Assembly: GCA_963934015.1 (NCBI GenBank)
Contig: CAWVWT010000001.1
Span: 120,574 to 184,573 of the forward strand
Origin: an uncultured Candidatus Poseidoniales archaeon
GTDB taxonomy: Archaea > Thermoplasmatota > Poseidoniia > Poseidoniales > Thalassarchaeaceae
Direction: 5' to 3'
Length of the DNA: 64,000 nucleotides
Below the pieces are notes generated by a model. It saw only the letters and a program-made list of their open reading frames with translations. It ran no database searches and was not told the DNA's origin. A program made the translations under genes and the position numbers. Shown here piece after piece: positions 25,201 through 33,511 of the stretch. Each line of letters begins with the position of its first letter. Positions within the stretch are counted from its first letter, which is position 1.

Positions 25201-28200
25201 GCGAGTGAACTTCGACATGTCACTGGTCGTTACCTTGGATTCGGTGATATCACCTTCAAGGTAATCCATCCTTGCACTGCCACTCATGGCCACATCTTGC
25301 GCGTTACCAGTCATGGTTGTGTCAGACATCGACATCATACCTGAACCGTCGTGGGTAATACCCACGGCGTTATTGTTCAGATTCAATCCGTCAAAGCTCC
25401 AATCAGCATCGTTTGTAGCGAGGACCTTCAGACCACAGTAACCTGCGTTCTGGATGGTTCCACTCAAATCAAGATTCATCGACTTCGATAGAACAACACC
25501 GTCTTGCGACTGGTTGTCTAGGTCAACGTTGCTTAGAACCAACTTCCCACCTGCTGCACTGCCCATGCGGACACCGTAGCGGCCATCATCAACAGTGATC
25601 TGGTCCATGGTAGCACCTACGCTACCTGAGACGAGAATACCCTCATTCACCGGGTTGGTGATGGTGATATCACTGAAGGCACCGGATGCGATGTCGCCAC
25701 CGATATCAATACCAGTATCTGCACCGGTGATTTGGCCGTTACTGATATCTGCAGTACCGAAGTCACGACTGTAATCCTTACTCAATAGATCAGTAATCGT
25801 GCTGCCCGCGCGGACAGTGATGTCCAAGCGGTCTTGGTAGTAGTCTGCACCGTAGTGGACCATGTCCACGTACATGACAACCTGCTCGATGCTTGAGCTG
25901 CTGGTGTCAACAACCGGGTAAGTCATTCGATATCCTGCTGGCACTGGTGTTGCTGGACCGTATGCGTAACTCTGGCATACGTTGTAGCTACCCCACATTC
26001 CGTTGAATCCTTCAGGAGGAGCAAATGCTGTTCCTGCGTGGTAGAAGCTAGGCCAGTAACTACCCCAATACATGTATGGATAGTAGTTGGTGCTCGCCGT
26101 TACGCCAGGTACACTCTCGATTCGGAATCCGAATTCGTTCGGCTCGTTGTTGTAGTTACCATTCATTGTGTACGCTCCGCCGCCGTAGGCGACGAAGTAG
26201 TAGTAATACGAATACTGGTAGGAACCACCTGGGTTGTACTTGTAACCGTAAAGGTTGCAATCCCAAATCGGTGCACCACCGCGGGCGCCGCTCTCGTAAG
26301 TGGCGACACCGCCGGTACCCGATGCTGGGTCATTTGCGCTGTACGGATAGTAACCGGTTACACTCGAGTCAGTGACGTTGTTCAGGCCTGTGCCATCACC
26401 GTCATCGACTGCGATTCGCCAGCGATCTGTGGTCATGAAGTACTTACCGTAGTACGAACCGCGAGCTGGATCCGAGTTACCGCCACCATACACGATGTTG
26501 GTACCAAGTTGCACGTAGTTGTTGTTCTTCGCAAACGAAGTAATGTCAATTGCGTACGTGTTCCAACCTGCACTCTGACCGCTAAGGATGGTCGAGCGGT
26601 ACAGAGTTGGTAGACTCATACCACCATCGACGACCATACCGACTGTGTTGTCAGTCAGAGTAAATCCATCGATGGTTGGTGCTGCGTCAGTCACCTCAAT
26701 GCCCACTGCCGAGTTCTTGACAAGGACGTTTGAGAGGCTGCTCGCTGCCGTGTTCGTCATTCGAATACCGATACCCGAATTGACGTTTTGCACACCAGCA
26801 TTGTTGATAATCAACGTACCACCATCGACATCGATAGTTGCTGTGGATGCTGCAGCGTTTGGACTGCCATAGACAGTCGAACCGTTGCGCATCTCCACAA
26901 TGCCACCGTCGCCGACCGCAAGGCCGCCGTTCATGTCGCGGATTGAACCTGCATCAATGGTCAACTGACCATTGCTGGTTATGTCCATCTCCCACCCATA
27001 TACACTGGACTGAGCCTTGATGTGACCGAAGTCACCATCGTGCTCACTGATGAGCAACTCAGCACCATTTAGCAATGTGATGGTTGGATTGTTGGCTGAT
27101 GTAACGTTCATGCGTAGCGAAGTTCCCTGAAGGTGTACACTGCATCCGTCCAAGACCATGTCCGCGGACAAGGTGATGATTTGACGGGTGTAGGTGTAGT
27201 ATCCATTCAGTGACGATGCCGAATCGTTGTTGCTGAAGAACGTACAGTCCTTGGTTGCGCCACCGAAGTCCATCGGGAATGCCTCAAGCTGGAGGTAAAC
27301 GTGTGATCCAACCTCAAGAGGTAGGTCACTCGATGGGAAATCCGGGTTGTGGCTTGCTGTGTACCATAGGTCCGTTGGTGTCGTGACGTTCTGACCTGCA
27401 CCACCCGCTGCACGGAGGGTATGGTCAGTGTACGATGCCGAGGAACTGGTTGCACCAGTGTTGTCACGCTCGTAAAGGTCTGTGACTAGCCAAACGTTTG
27501 CTGCTCCAGCGCCATCAGTCCTGCTGGTGCCGATTTCGAACAATTCTGTGCCTGAGCTGTCGTGAACCGCTGCTGCAACGTTGTGGTTTGCCTGGAAGGC
27601 GTTACCACTGTTACCTGAACGATAAACTGAGACGGTTCCAACGCCACCGAAGTAAATCTTGGCGGAACTGGAGGCTGCGTCGACCCAGCAGACCGATGTG
27701 TCGGCTTCATTGTTGGAATCGAGACAATCGTTACCATCGAAGTTCACATCAATCAAGCGGATGTCACCGTTTGTTCCAGCGCTTGCAAGGTTATTGCCCC
27801 AGCTGGTCATACCTGTTATGGTCATCTCAGCGACTGTCAGAACACTGTTACGCGCGTACGCGTAGTTACTGTTGCTCGAGTCACCAGCCATTGTACCATC
27901 TGAAATGGTCACAACGTTGCTGCTAGCTGACGATGCGCAGTTTGCACTGACCCATGCGTCTTGAGAACCATCACCGAGATTTACATCACTGAGAGTTACC
28001 CTCCAACCACAACCATTGATTGTGATTCCGGATGCACCAACAGAGTCTCCAGAGACCATGTTTGAACTTGGTGCGGTACCCGACAGTTGTAGGGCGCCTC
28101 CAAGATCGACATTGTCCATGCTTGCTGGCTGTGTGCGTGCCATTGTAAGGCCGCCATCAGCGCTGACACCATCCATGGTCCATCCTGTTGCACCAATTGC

Positions 28201-31200
28201 TGGGCTGCTTGCGCCCGCAGGTGTTACAGTGTAACCATTCGAGTCACCCGTACTGTCGACTTCTTCCATGTGGAGGCTGTCGGTTGCGTGGGTTGTGGCT
28301 GCAGCAAGATAGTTGCTGATGTCTACATTGTATGCGTAGAAGTCAGTACCACTGGTTGCAGTTCCAGTCTGGGCGACGCCCGTACCGGTCTGCTGCCATG
28401 AGAATCCACTGCTAGCATCCACGGTGACGTTGGACAGCCATAGGCTGTCTGCCTCGCCGATGATACCGTTGACGGCTGCATTGGTAATGTCGACGTTTTC
28501 CATCACGATTGTTGAACCATCGCCCGTATTGACTGCGCCTTGGCCAGCGTATCCGTGCGTGTTACAATTAGTGGCGGAGCCACCAACCCAAGTTAGTGTT
28601 GCGTCATCTGGTAGATCGACACAGGAGTCAGCACTGTTTGAGATGCTGACACCGGATAGGTCGAATCCTGTACCTTGACCACTGCCGTGCTTGATTGCCG
28701 TTCCAACATTGTTGAAGGTAACATCACTCATTGTGAAGTTCCCAGCATTGCCGTTGTAGTGAGGGGCTGCGCCGTTGCGGCTGCCCGCACTGATGGCAGT
28801 TGTCAGGTTTTCGAAGTTCACGTGGGTGAACGTGTGGCGGTCATCATTGCCAGCACTGCATCCACCGTTGGTGAATGCTAGGCCCTGTGCATAGTTGGTA
28901 CCCATGTTGGTAATTGTAACCGGGTTGGTTGAGTTTCCATCAACCATCAACTTGTTGCACGCACCAGTAAACGCGATACCCTTGCCCTCAGCAATCTGGA
29001 CTTCAACACCAGGCATGATCGTTAGATCTGCACTGACGGATAGCCAGTCGCCGCTGGATGGGTTCACACGGATTGGGCTCTGTTCGATATCCCAAATCGT
29101 TGGTGTGGTAATGTCCGAGGTTACGTCCATACCTGATCCATCGAATGGAATCAGCTTCGAGCGGATACTGCACTCTGAACCAGAGTTGTAGTAGCAGTAG
29201 TATGCTGCGTAGTAGCCCCACCATGGTGCAAGATCGACGTTATTCACATACGTACCTGAACTTGGCAGGGTTGGCATGGTCGTTCCCCAGTTTGAGCTCA
29301 TCATCTGTGCACTGTTGGTTGAACTCGAAGTACTGAACTGCATTGCACCGTGGCGGATTGCGTGGATCTTGTGACCCTGCGTACCGTTGAAGGTGCTACC
29401 AAAGTATTCGAACTCGAAATCGTTTGGTAGGTCAATGACCGTACTGCAGTCACCGCGATACTGTGTGAAGTAACGTGTGCAGTAGTACGTGTATGGGTTG
29501 CCGTTGCTGCTGCCGGTAAATTCTTCGTTGTAGTTAAACAACTCAGTCATTCCTGCAGAGTACGTCTCGTAGCCATAGTCGTTGCCATCAGTAGCAATAC
29601 GGAAGTTATTGGCAAATGGATTTTGGCCACCAATGTATCCTGCTCCGCGCGTACGTAGTTGCTCACCAACATTGGCTGCCGGGTTTTGGAAGCCAATGTA
29701 CTGGTAATCGTAGTACGCGCTACTGCTCGTGTCATACTCGAATTCGACCTCGTTGGTGACATCATACAGGCGGACCTGATAATTGACATTGTAACCGGAG
29801 TTGAATCCAGCTGTCATGTCGTGCCACTCAAGAACGAAGATCTTGGTCGGTGTTGCGATGTCGTAGGTGAAGGAACTGGTGTTTTCCCAGTTGCCATTGT
29901 TGTCCACAGCGCTGATTGTGTATTCGACGGAGTTTCCACGGTCTGTACCGGGGATACTTGTCGACCACTTACAAGCAGTCATCACACAAGCACTGCGGGA
30001 TGAATCTGGTGTCATGGAACGTGTTGTCCATGCTGACCAAGAGCCCGCATCTGCATCGTAGATTCGATAGTCCATGGATGGACCGACTAGGCCGTCACCA
30101 TTGTCTGTTGTATTGGTATTCAGACCTACTGGTGGGTCGCCCGGATCGCCGATTGTCATCGACAACATACGGTCTTCATCAACATAGGTGTCCATCATAC
30201 CAGGGTGGTCAATTTCCGGTGGGAAAGTGTCCGGTGCTGGCTTGATTGAACTGACCTTGGAATTGACTTGCCATCCAGTGTTGACCTTGCCGTCCCATCC
30301 TGGGTTGGACCAACCGTTCCATGCGTAGTTGTACTGGTAGTAGTAGTACGTACCATAGCATGGGTTGGTGTATGTCGAACCTGAATAGGTCGAACGAACG
30401 AACATAATTGGGTTGTTGTTCGTGTTGATACAGAACAAGTTGCGGTTTGCGCTGTTCAGGTTGTATGTTGCGTTCCATGAGAACGCACCGAAGTAACCGG
30501 TGATGTCACCAGGGATTGCAACCTTAACGTAGCCGTCATCTGTGCTGCCGTAGTCTAGACTGGTGTAAACTGTACCTGCACCTTGTGGTTGCTCGATACC
30601 GTTGCCACTCGAAGCCTCATAGCCCATGACGCCCCATCCACCGGATGCGGTGCCATCATGGTACCAGATTACGTCGTGACCGGGACCATCCTTGGCATTC
30701 ATAGCCATGCCAGGGACGTTTACCTTGTCCAAGTTTGCTTGGCAGGTCGTCGATGTGCATACACGTGTTGTGCCTGGGTAGTATCGTAGATCAAGTTGTG
30801 CACTCGTAGAGAAGCAGGACAGAGAGCCCATGCCACAATCCGTTGTGTCGTATTCCATGTGATACTCACGGCTTGGCTCGTAGTAGGTCAACTGCCAGTC
30901 GTAATAGCGCTGTGCACTGTAATACGAGTAGGAGTTCCATCCACTTGCCTTCACTTGCCACTTGCTGTCGCCATCGGCTGCATTGTCGATGGATTCAATC
31001 TCGTAGATCCAAGGTGAACTTGGGTGTGTCTGCATGTTGCTTGGGATACCTGTTCCACCGGCTGGTGTTGTGCCAGTAGTACCCGATACACCACCGTTAG
31101 GTGGGGCTGGGGAGTCACGGTATGCCCAGTAGTATTCCACTTCCGTTGTACCAGTCGCCGGAGCAGACTGGGCTGGGATTGTGGCCTTGAAGTTGCAGGT

Positions 31201-33090
31201 AAGACCTGCTGTGCAGGTACCGAGCGTAGTTGCACTAACGCCGTTCCATGAACCGCCATCAACACGGTAGTACAGGTGGGGTGCTCCTGCACTTGTGGTG
31301 TTGACACCGCTTGCATCGACTGCGCTCATGTACATTGTTCGTGCACCATCGAGGTAGGTGGTCTTACCATCGAACCCAACAGCGTCTGCAATTGGAGCCG
31401 TGGTGTCTGATCCACCTGTGTATGTAATCTCAAGATGAGGCTTGTACGCTGCGCTGGACTGGCAACCGTAGTAGGTGTAGGTGTTCTGAGTACACCAATA
31501 CCACATTGGAGAGTTTCCAGAGGAACGGACAGCGAGACCGAGAATGTTACCGCTGCTGCCTGCACCATTACCGTCAACCGCATCCTGAACATCGGACTCA
31601 CCATTCGAATTCATTGAAATCGATTTGATGCTTCCTGCGTTGTAACCGTAGTAGTAACCAGGGTCACTGATTGTGGTTGAAGCAGATGATGCTGCAGAGT
31701 TTACTGCATATCGGTGGATGTACATACCGGAGCTGTAGGTGTAACTTGCAGGGTCAATCATTGTGCTGCTCTGTGAGTTGCCGCTCTTCATGACTGCAAC
31801 TGTGAAGCTGCGTGAACCAGTTCGGTAACGACCGACGTGGTTCTCAAAATCGACACCTGTCACTGTTGCACCGGATGGCATGGTGTTTGCCAAGTTGAAT
31901 CGGTGAACTGCTGTGCGCTCATAGTGCGAGTACGAAGTCGAACTCGTGCATGTGCTAGCACCGCCACTACCGGTTCCCTTGCAAGTATAGGTGATGAACG
32001 AAGTTGAGTAAGCTCGCTCATAACTGTAAGAAGTCCAACCGTAGTTGACCGTGTACTTGTAGGAGTAATAGGTCGTTGCAGCTGTTACATCGATTGTTGG
32101 GTCGATCATAATCGGGTAAGTACGGTTCTCATCCATCAGCCACTCCGAATCAATCGAAGTGGTGATTTGGACGTGTTCGCCGATTTGCATAATGAAATAT
32201 TGACCAATACCTGGTAGAGCATCTGCATCGGATTCGTAAACCAGAGGAGCTGGAACTGTTACAAGCAGTTCTCCAGTCTCCACGTTTCGAATTTCAAACT
32301 GCTCATCTGTCTTCAGCACTGCACCCTCTTGTAGAGGACTTGTGCCTTCGAAGACGGAATATCCGTGTGGAAGAAGCATTTCTTCCTGCAGACCAAGCCA
32401 GCCATCAAATTCCTGACCGAAGAACGGCTGGTCACGAATGACCAAGTTCTGCTTGACTTGTGTGCTGGTCACCGTGTAATCCAGAGCAATGCCCTGGCCC
32501 ATCGGATAGCGTAGCACATTGCCAGCTGACTGTACAGGCTCTTCTGTTTCGTCGAGTTCATACATCATCGGATTTGACATGTCGCTCTGCATTTGCACAA
32601 CGACAGGGTTGATACCCATACGGATGGCATCGATGTTGTCATCGACTTGAATTACCACACCGTTATTCATATCAGCCTCGAAGTAAGTGTCGAAGGTGTT
32701 TTCAGTCACCGACCAACCATTTGCTTCCGATTCGATGTTCAGGTCGATCTCTTGCCACGACCCATCATCACCAAGGTAGTGGATTGGATCAGTGGTTACA
32801 ACTGCAACCTTACCCTCGTCCGTCACGTACGTCTTGGAGGTCGCAGTTCGACTTCCGACGAGTTCATTTTCGTCAGCATAGCCAAACTCGGTGAAATCCA
32901 CCGCTGCATATTCCTCCACGTTGAGAGCAAACATATCCACCGCATCATTTGCTTCTGCTTCATCAACCGATGTGGCTGATACAGCGTCGCCTGCAGGTGG
33001 TACCGCTTGGGCCCAACTCATTCCTATCATCAATAGCGTGAGCAACAGCCAACTGCCGCCCAACACCTTCTTGTTTTGTTTTGTCACCAT
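19285..33090 (-). CDS. Giant (~4,601 aa) secreted multidomain surface protein with C-terminal TM and fused archaeal type IV pilin
   Basis: One uninterrupted ORF. Signal peptide from ATG 33090 (MVTKQNKKVLGGSWLLLTLLMIGMSWAQA). WapA/Rhs-N-like region (PIHY..DG.W..ID, RTYPIMIDP), right-handed beta-helix-like tracts, cupredoxin-like and DOMON-like domains, cadherin-like VNDAP/VNDQP repeats, CARDB-like domain, TM, then the Pilin_N-type motif AVSPVIATILLVAITVVLSGVIYVW. Confidence 0.85.
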   Translation of the reverse strand: MVTKQNKKVLGGSWLLLTLLMIGMSWAQAVPPAGDAVSATSVDEAEANDAVDMFALNVEEYAAVDFTEFGYADENELVGSRTATSKTYVTDEGKVAVVTTDPIHYLGDDGSWQEIDLNIESEANGWSVTENTFDTYFEADMNNGVVIQVDDNIDAIRMGINPVVVQMQSDMSNPMMYELDETEEPVQSAGNVLRYPMGQGIALDYTVTSTQVKQNLVIRDQPFFGQEFDGWLGLQEEMLLPHGYSVFEGTSPLQEGAVLKTDEQFEIRNVETGELLVTVPAPLVYESDADALPGIGQYFIMQIGEHVQITTSIDSEWLMDENRTYPIMIDPTIDVTAATTYYSYKYTVNYGWTSYSYERAYSTSFITYTCKGTGSGGASTCTSSTSYSHYERTAVHRFNLANTMPSGATVTGVDFENHVGRYRTGSRSFTVAVMKSGNSQSSTMIDPASYTYSSGMYIHRYAVNSAASSASTTISDPGYYYGYNAGSIKSISMNSNGESDVQDAVDGNGAGSSGNILGLAVRSSGNSPMWYWCTQNTYTYYGCQSSAAYKPHLEITYTGGSDTTAPIADAVGFDGKTTYLDGARTMYMSAVDASGVNTTSAGAPHLYYRVDGGSWNGVSATTLGTCTAGLTCNFKATIPAQSAPATGTTEVEYYWAYRDSPAPPNGGVSGTTGTTPAGGTGIPSNMQTHPSSPWIYEIESIDNAADGDSKWQVKASGWNSYSYYSAQRYYDWQLTYYEPSREYHMEYDTTDCGMGSLSCFSTSAQLDLRYYPGTTRVCTSTTCQANLDKVNVPGMAMNAKDGPGHDVIWYHDGTASGGWGVMGYEASSGNGIEQPQGAGTVYTSLDYGSTDDGYVKVAIPGDITGYFGAFSWNATYNLNSANRNLFCINTNNNPIMFVRSTYSGSTYTNPCYGTYYYYQYNYAWNGWSNPGWDGKVNTGWQVNSKVSSIKPAPDTFPPEIDHPGMMDTYVDEDRMLSMTIGDPGDPPVGLNTNTTDNGDGLVGPSMDYRIYDADAGSWSAWTTRSMTPDSSRSACVMTACKWSTSIPGTDRGNSVEYTISAVDNNGNWENTSSFTYDIATPTKIFVLEWHDMTAGFNSGYNVNYQVRLYDVTNEVEFEYDTSSSAYYDYQYIGFQNPAANVGEQLRTRGAGYIGGQNPFANNFRIATDGNDYGYETYSAGMTELFNYNEEFTGSSNGNPYTYYCTRYFTQYRGDCSTVIDLPNDFEFEYFGSTFNGTQGHKIHAIRHGAMQFSTSSSTNSAQMMSSNWGTTMPTLPSSGTYVNNVDLAPWWGYYAAYYCYYNSGSECSIRSKLIPFDGSGMDVTSDITTPTIWDIEQSPIRVNPSSGDWLSVSADLTIMPGVEVQIAEGKGIAFTGACNKLMVDGNSTNPVTITNMGTNYAQGLAFTNGGCSAGNDDRHTFTHVNFENLTTAISAGSRNGAAPHYNGNAGNFTMSDVTFNNVGTAIKHGSGQGTGFDLSGVSISNSADSCVDLPDDATLTWVGGSATNCNTHGYAGQGAVNTGDGSTIVMENVDITNAAVNGIIGEADSLWLSNVTVDASSGFSWQQTGTGVAQTGTATSGTDFYAYNVDISNYLAAATTHATDSLHMEEVDSTGDSNGYTVTPAGASSPAIGATGWTMDGVSADGGLTMARTQPASMDNVDLGGALQLSGTAPSSNMVSGDSVGASGITINGCGWRVTLSDVNLGDGSQDAWVSANCASSASSNVVTISDGTMAGDSSNSNYAYARNSVLTVAEMTITGMTSWGNNLASAGTNGDIRLIDVNFDGNDCLDSNNEADTSVCWVDAASSSAKIYFGGVGTVSVYRSGNSGNAFQANHNVAAAVHDSSGTELFEIGTSRTDGAGAANVWLVTDLYERDNTGATSSSASYTDHTLRAAGGAGQNVTTPTDLWYTASHNPDFPSSDLPLEVGSHVYLQLEAFPMDFGGATKDCTFFSNNDSASSLNGYYTYTRQIITLSADMVLDGCSVHLQGTSLRMNVTSANNPTITLLNGAELLISEHDGDFGHIKAQSSVYGWEMDITSNGQLTIDAGSIRDMNGGLAVGDGGIVEMRNGSTVYGSPNAAASTATIDVDGGTLIINNAGVQNVNSGIGIRMTNTAASSLSNVLVKNSAVGIEVTDAAPTIDGFTLTDNTVGMVVDGGMSLPTLYRSTILSGQSAGWNTYAIDITSFAKNNNYVQLGTNIVYGGGNSDPARGSYYGKYFMTTDRWRIAVDDGDGTGLNNVTDSSVTGYYPYSANDPASGTGGVATYESGARGGAPIWDCNLYGYKYNPGGSYQYSYYYYFVAYGGGAYTMNGNYNNEPNEFGFRIESVPGVTASTNYYPYMYWGSYWPSFYHAGTAFAPPEGFNGMWGSYNVCQSYAYGPATPVPAGYRMTYPVVDTSSSSIEQVVMYVDMVHYGADYYQDRLDITVRAGSTITDLLSKDYSRDFGTADISNGQITGADTGIDIGGDIASGAFSDITITNPVNEGILVSGSVGATMDQITVDDGRYGVRMGSAAGGKLVLSNVDLDNQSQDGVVLSKSMNLDLSGTIQNAGYCGLKVLATNDADWSFDGLNLNNNAVGITHDGSGMMSMSDTTMTGNAQDVAMSGSARMDYLEGDITESKVTTSDMSKFTRLRALDIQITADGSGVDDAPVKILDADNMAVDSGRTDSNGDIIGMSFVVWSKDSSGITSPNLAGYQLVTIATIAYTSGSVIDIRYAMNTISLSDAPGNTANTALTASIDARTCYSYSTTSYDLQAACTGLNYRSDRTVDNVHEIGYYNSENDMSNMIIQMDTPFNYFDIGSGSVSLNGSTVFTTGCSNGQVQMYTVYPYTGHVYMDDTTIISMCDKGAVKGHFRVGYSGTSNYGNFHINNSNLLGLEAIGTGSGYYQNNGDLEVTNSLLVHYDSATNIPNGASSVYYDDMCIQTAGYDDVVISGNTMVNCGVGVFVPSNYYATNTYYGGNGQRNLVVSDNSMEDCANLCMWFYLNANSHDPIVSGNTMSSLSGYTVYTQDYTVFGLNLENNTLSSDNPIYMRGARDWAIMNNHITGDSDASHACIYALAGSGTIEGNTCLDADGGIAISGITSGNDVYINDNTIGFSAGRLPTSAIGIYLDACGLDEVFMANNVVSTVMNAVNSDGCTVTDNNSVYTGLGGGAGRIHNVDIQQSTYSPAHLTSICTGDSVRWTSRAYGSTNTPHTTTSDAGQAESWDSGTMNLGSSFVHQFTNAGNFTYFSSTVTTMTGSVNVADCQGNNLQTTGIDILGSGDDITLNGVMVTGYGLGLAMEGGDLHMAGGTTILGDATAVEVTNVDVSTNGATVVANGTYGVGLNAVTESGFHDLDMTGLSVNAAVGVLADGHDDFRWNGGLAQGHTVLKTINGATGSIENMSGIHNYNHPLYGLMEIPLMWEDTYSCYSADPAWIAANMGSCGGVATQINAGPFSTVTSIGNGVLNNGSMISQWMPSKLTVDADAIVHEGNLLDLTVLHMGNPATDVGLYIRSLSMATNYATGEQVAVPGGRAEYVSPSWRSSPGRTITVDGILWDWLGTNMLNEADDMMPGAVAVNATTQAHMRVTWDSNYMFVALVGPTFVTTDGLFYLDTAPGGSSTGDNWHSQHTLPIKADYMLWMEDLNNWGLRKVMPTGNWVDVTSSCPQITSSIFMGNPYTTTPVSEFRVPWDCLGNPTEDVRWIAMVQWDSPFGQDGQVAGVFPEQPFNATTTSGQTFGQFGNFNLVGGDLADGTLDDHLLLLRSYVGTGSAPGDPHAYQIMVKVRNAEGDYWDWDDSVAPLVMTTNQDITIDIMRAKPIIENLVDVSYDEDSGSHTITLTDKGSDYQDASSGLMWSVTDASTNSHSYPTPYDYSLAGQTLGVDTLENQFGGHRLQLTVTDSDGLSATQTMEVGIWNVNDAPEICNTNRFDCQPVFYDDGDGNLNVHDENFNGLITKELGDTSNATRSYVVDMANEQSQTDWNTESVPQIYTWTEDEGTCVPFASDIGSNVLTIAENTLNEAGGDCDIVLSLTDNANANAEASDVTVNFIVNPVNDQPQILDFDANNNQFVEVANGNMELDWMWEVTEDDEDASNLTWDLSRLMADNDHPVDQLMWSVEETSLCVYENYFSITVDNDDDTISIDLIDDAATNAPTTEIDFLQDADGDGVADGGVHQARPASGEYCTVYLWMHDTASAPSHIDYAQSPSGVYEQRSIRETIHIKVTNVEEAKPDYQFCEEAGDCNLNAGQPDNERPGFDFYTIDAVLPGTRVPVDVIITNTGDDPSLYNYGHDVQVRFYVDDNPTLIQEQITLSWDAGEVPGIGETTVINGYVTLNNPSEQVRAFIEVRTINPHTDDYIDNSIRRPVLEEKNWEDNNMTTDDTAQELPQMVRLRPATSVASFAPGLMAVSLVGAFVGALLMGSRREEDEEELMESLSDDDAAVSPVIATILLVAITVVLSGVIYVWANSLASDAGGKATPRLTFGPEAVIDDPQGNLYWNINVQTHDNELATQAVYVVVQWTDEAGTVHSERTSLANPDGVYGFAPSSSSALVTYKDSIDCNVDCSAGFGASDEIRIRMVDPTSGETIENAQVTLQYAPAGGTAVILMTFAAQYNPPSLKAVF

Positions 33091-33141
33091 TCTAGATACC
33101 CCAGAGTGTCCTATGAACAGATGTTCGACGTTCTGACGCAG

Positions 33142-33147
33142 ATATAA
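33142..33147 (-). promoter_or_regulatory. Candidate TATA box of the giant gene
   Basis: TTATAT on the minus strand ~52 nt upstream of ATG 33090, in an AT-rich intergenic region. Confidence 0.4.
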
Positions 33148-33424
33148 CCGTATGGGTGCAAACTCTTTGATTATCCAATTCTGTTCGGTAAACTGCGTAG
33201 GAATTATTGAGTGCCTGAAATGCCCAATAATTAGTGGTACAAACAATTTGTAACAATCCAAAAGATGAGGGGGGTTTCCAATGGCAATTACAAAATAAAT
33301 GATGATTTGAACGAATTAGAGGGAATTAAATTAATCACTAATCCGGCTCGCAGTAAGCCAGATTACCTCGCGAATAATGTCGGAGCTTCGGGTTTTCCAG
33401 ATCATATTCGAATTACCTGAAACG

Positions 33425-33460
33425 AAAAAAAGGACCGGGCCCCCGTAGGGGGCCCGGTCC
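33425..33460 (-). terminator. Hairpin plus U-tract terminator downstream of the 1,086-aa surface protein gene
   Basis: Minus strand GGACCGGGCCCCC-TAC-GGGGGCCCGGTCC (13-bp perfect stem) followed by T7. Confidence 0.8.
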
Positions 33461-33511
33461 AGGTCACCGTCTCAAGGACGGGTCATGTTTTCTTTCGAGG
33501 TTCTAGGGATT

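Noticed and set aside
19285..33090. Giant protein as an Rhs/polymorphic toxin
   Set aside because: No YD repeats, no PxxxxDPxG core end, no toxin tip or small immunity gene; the C-terminus is a pilin.
19383..33136. Many 60-190-aa ORFs antisense to or nested in the giant gene (likewise inside other long genes)
   Set aside because: Shadow ORFs expected from the codon bias of the real CDS; no recognisable motifs.
33091..33261. N-terminal extension of the giant ORF in the track (likewise for cinA, malQ, HAD, LolD-like, Smr, DUF2085, aroD)
   Set aside because: The extensions cross promoters, hairpins or neighbouring genes; family motifs or signal peptides begin at downstream starts.
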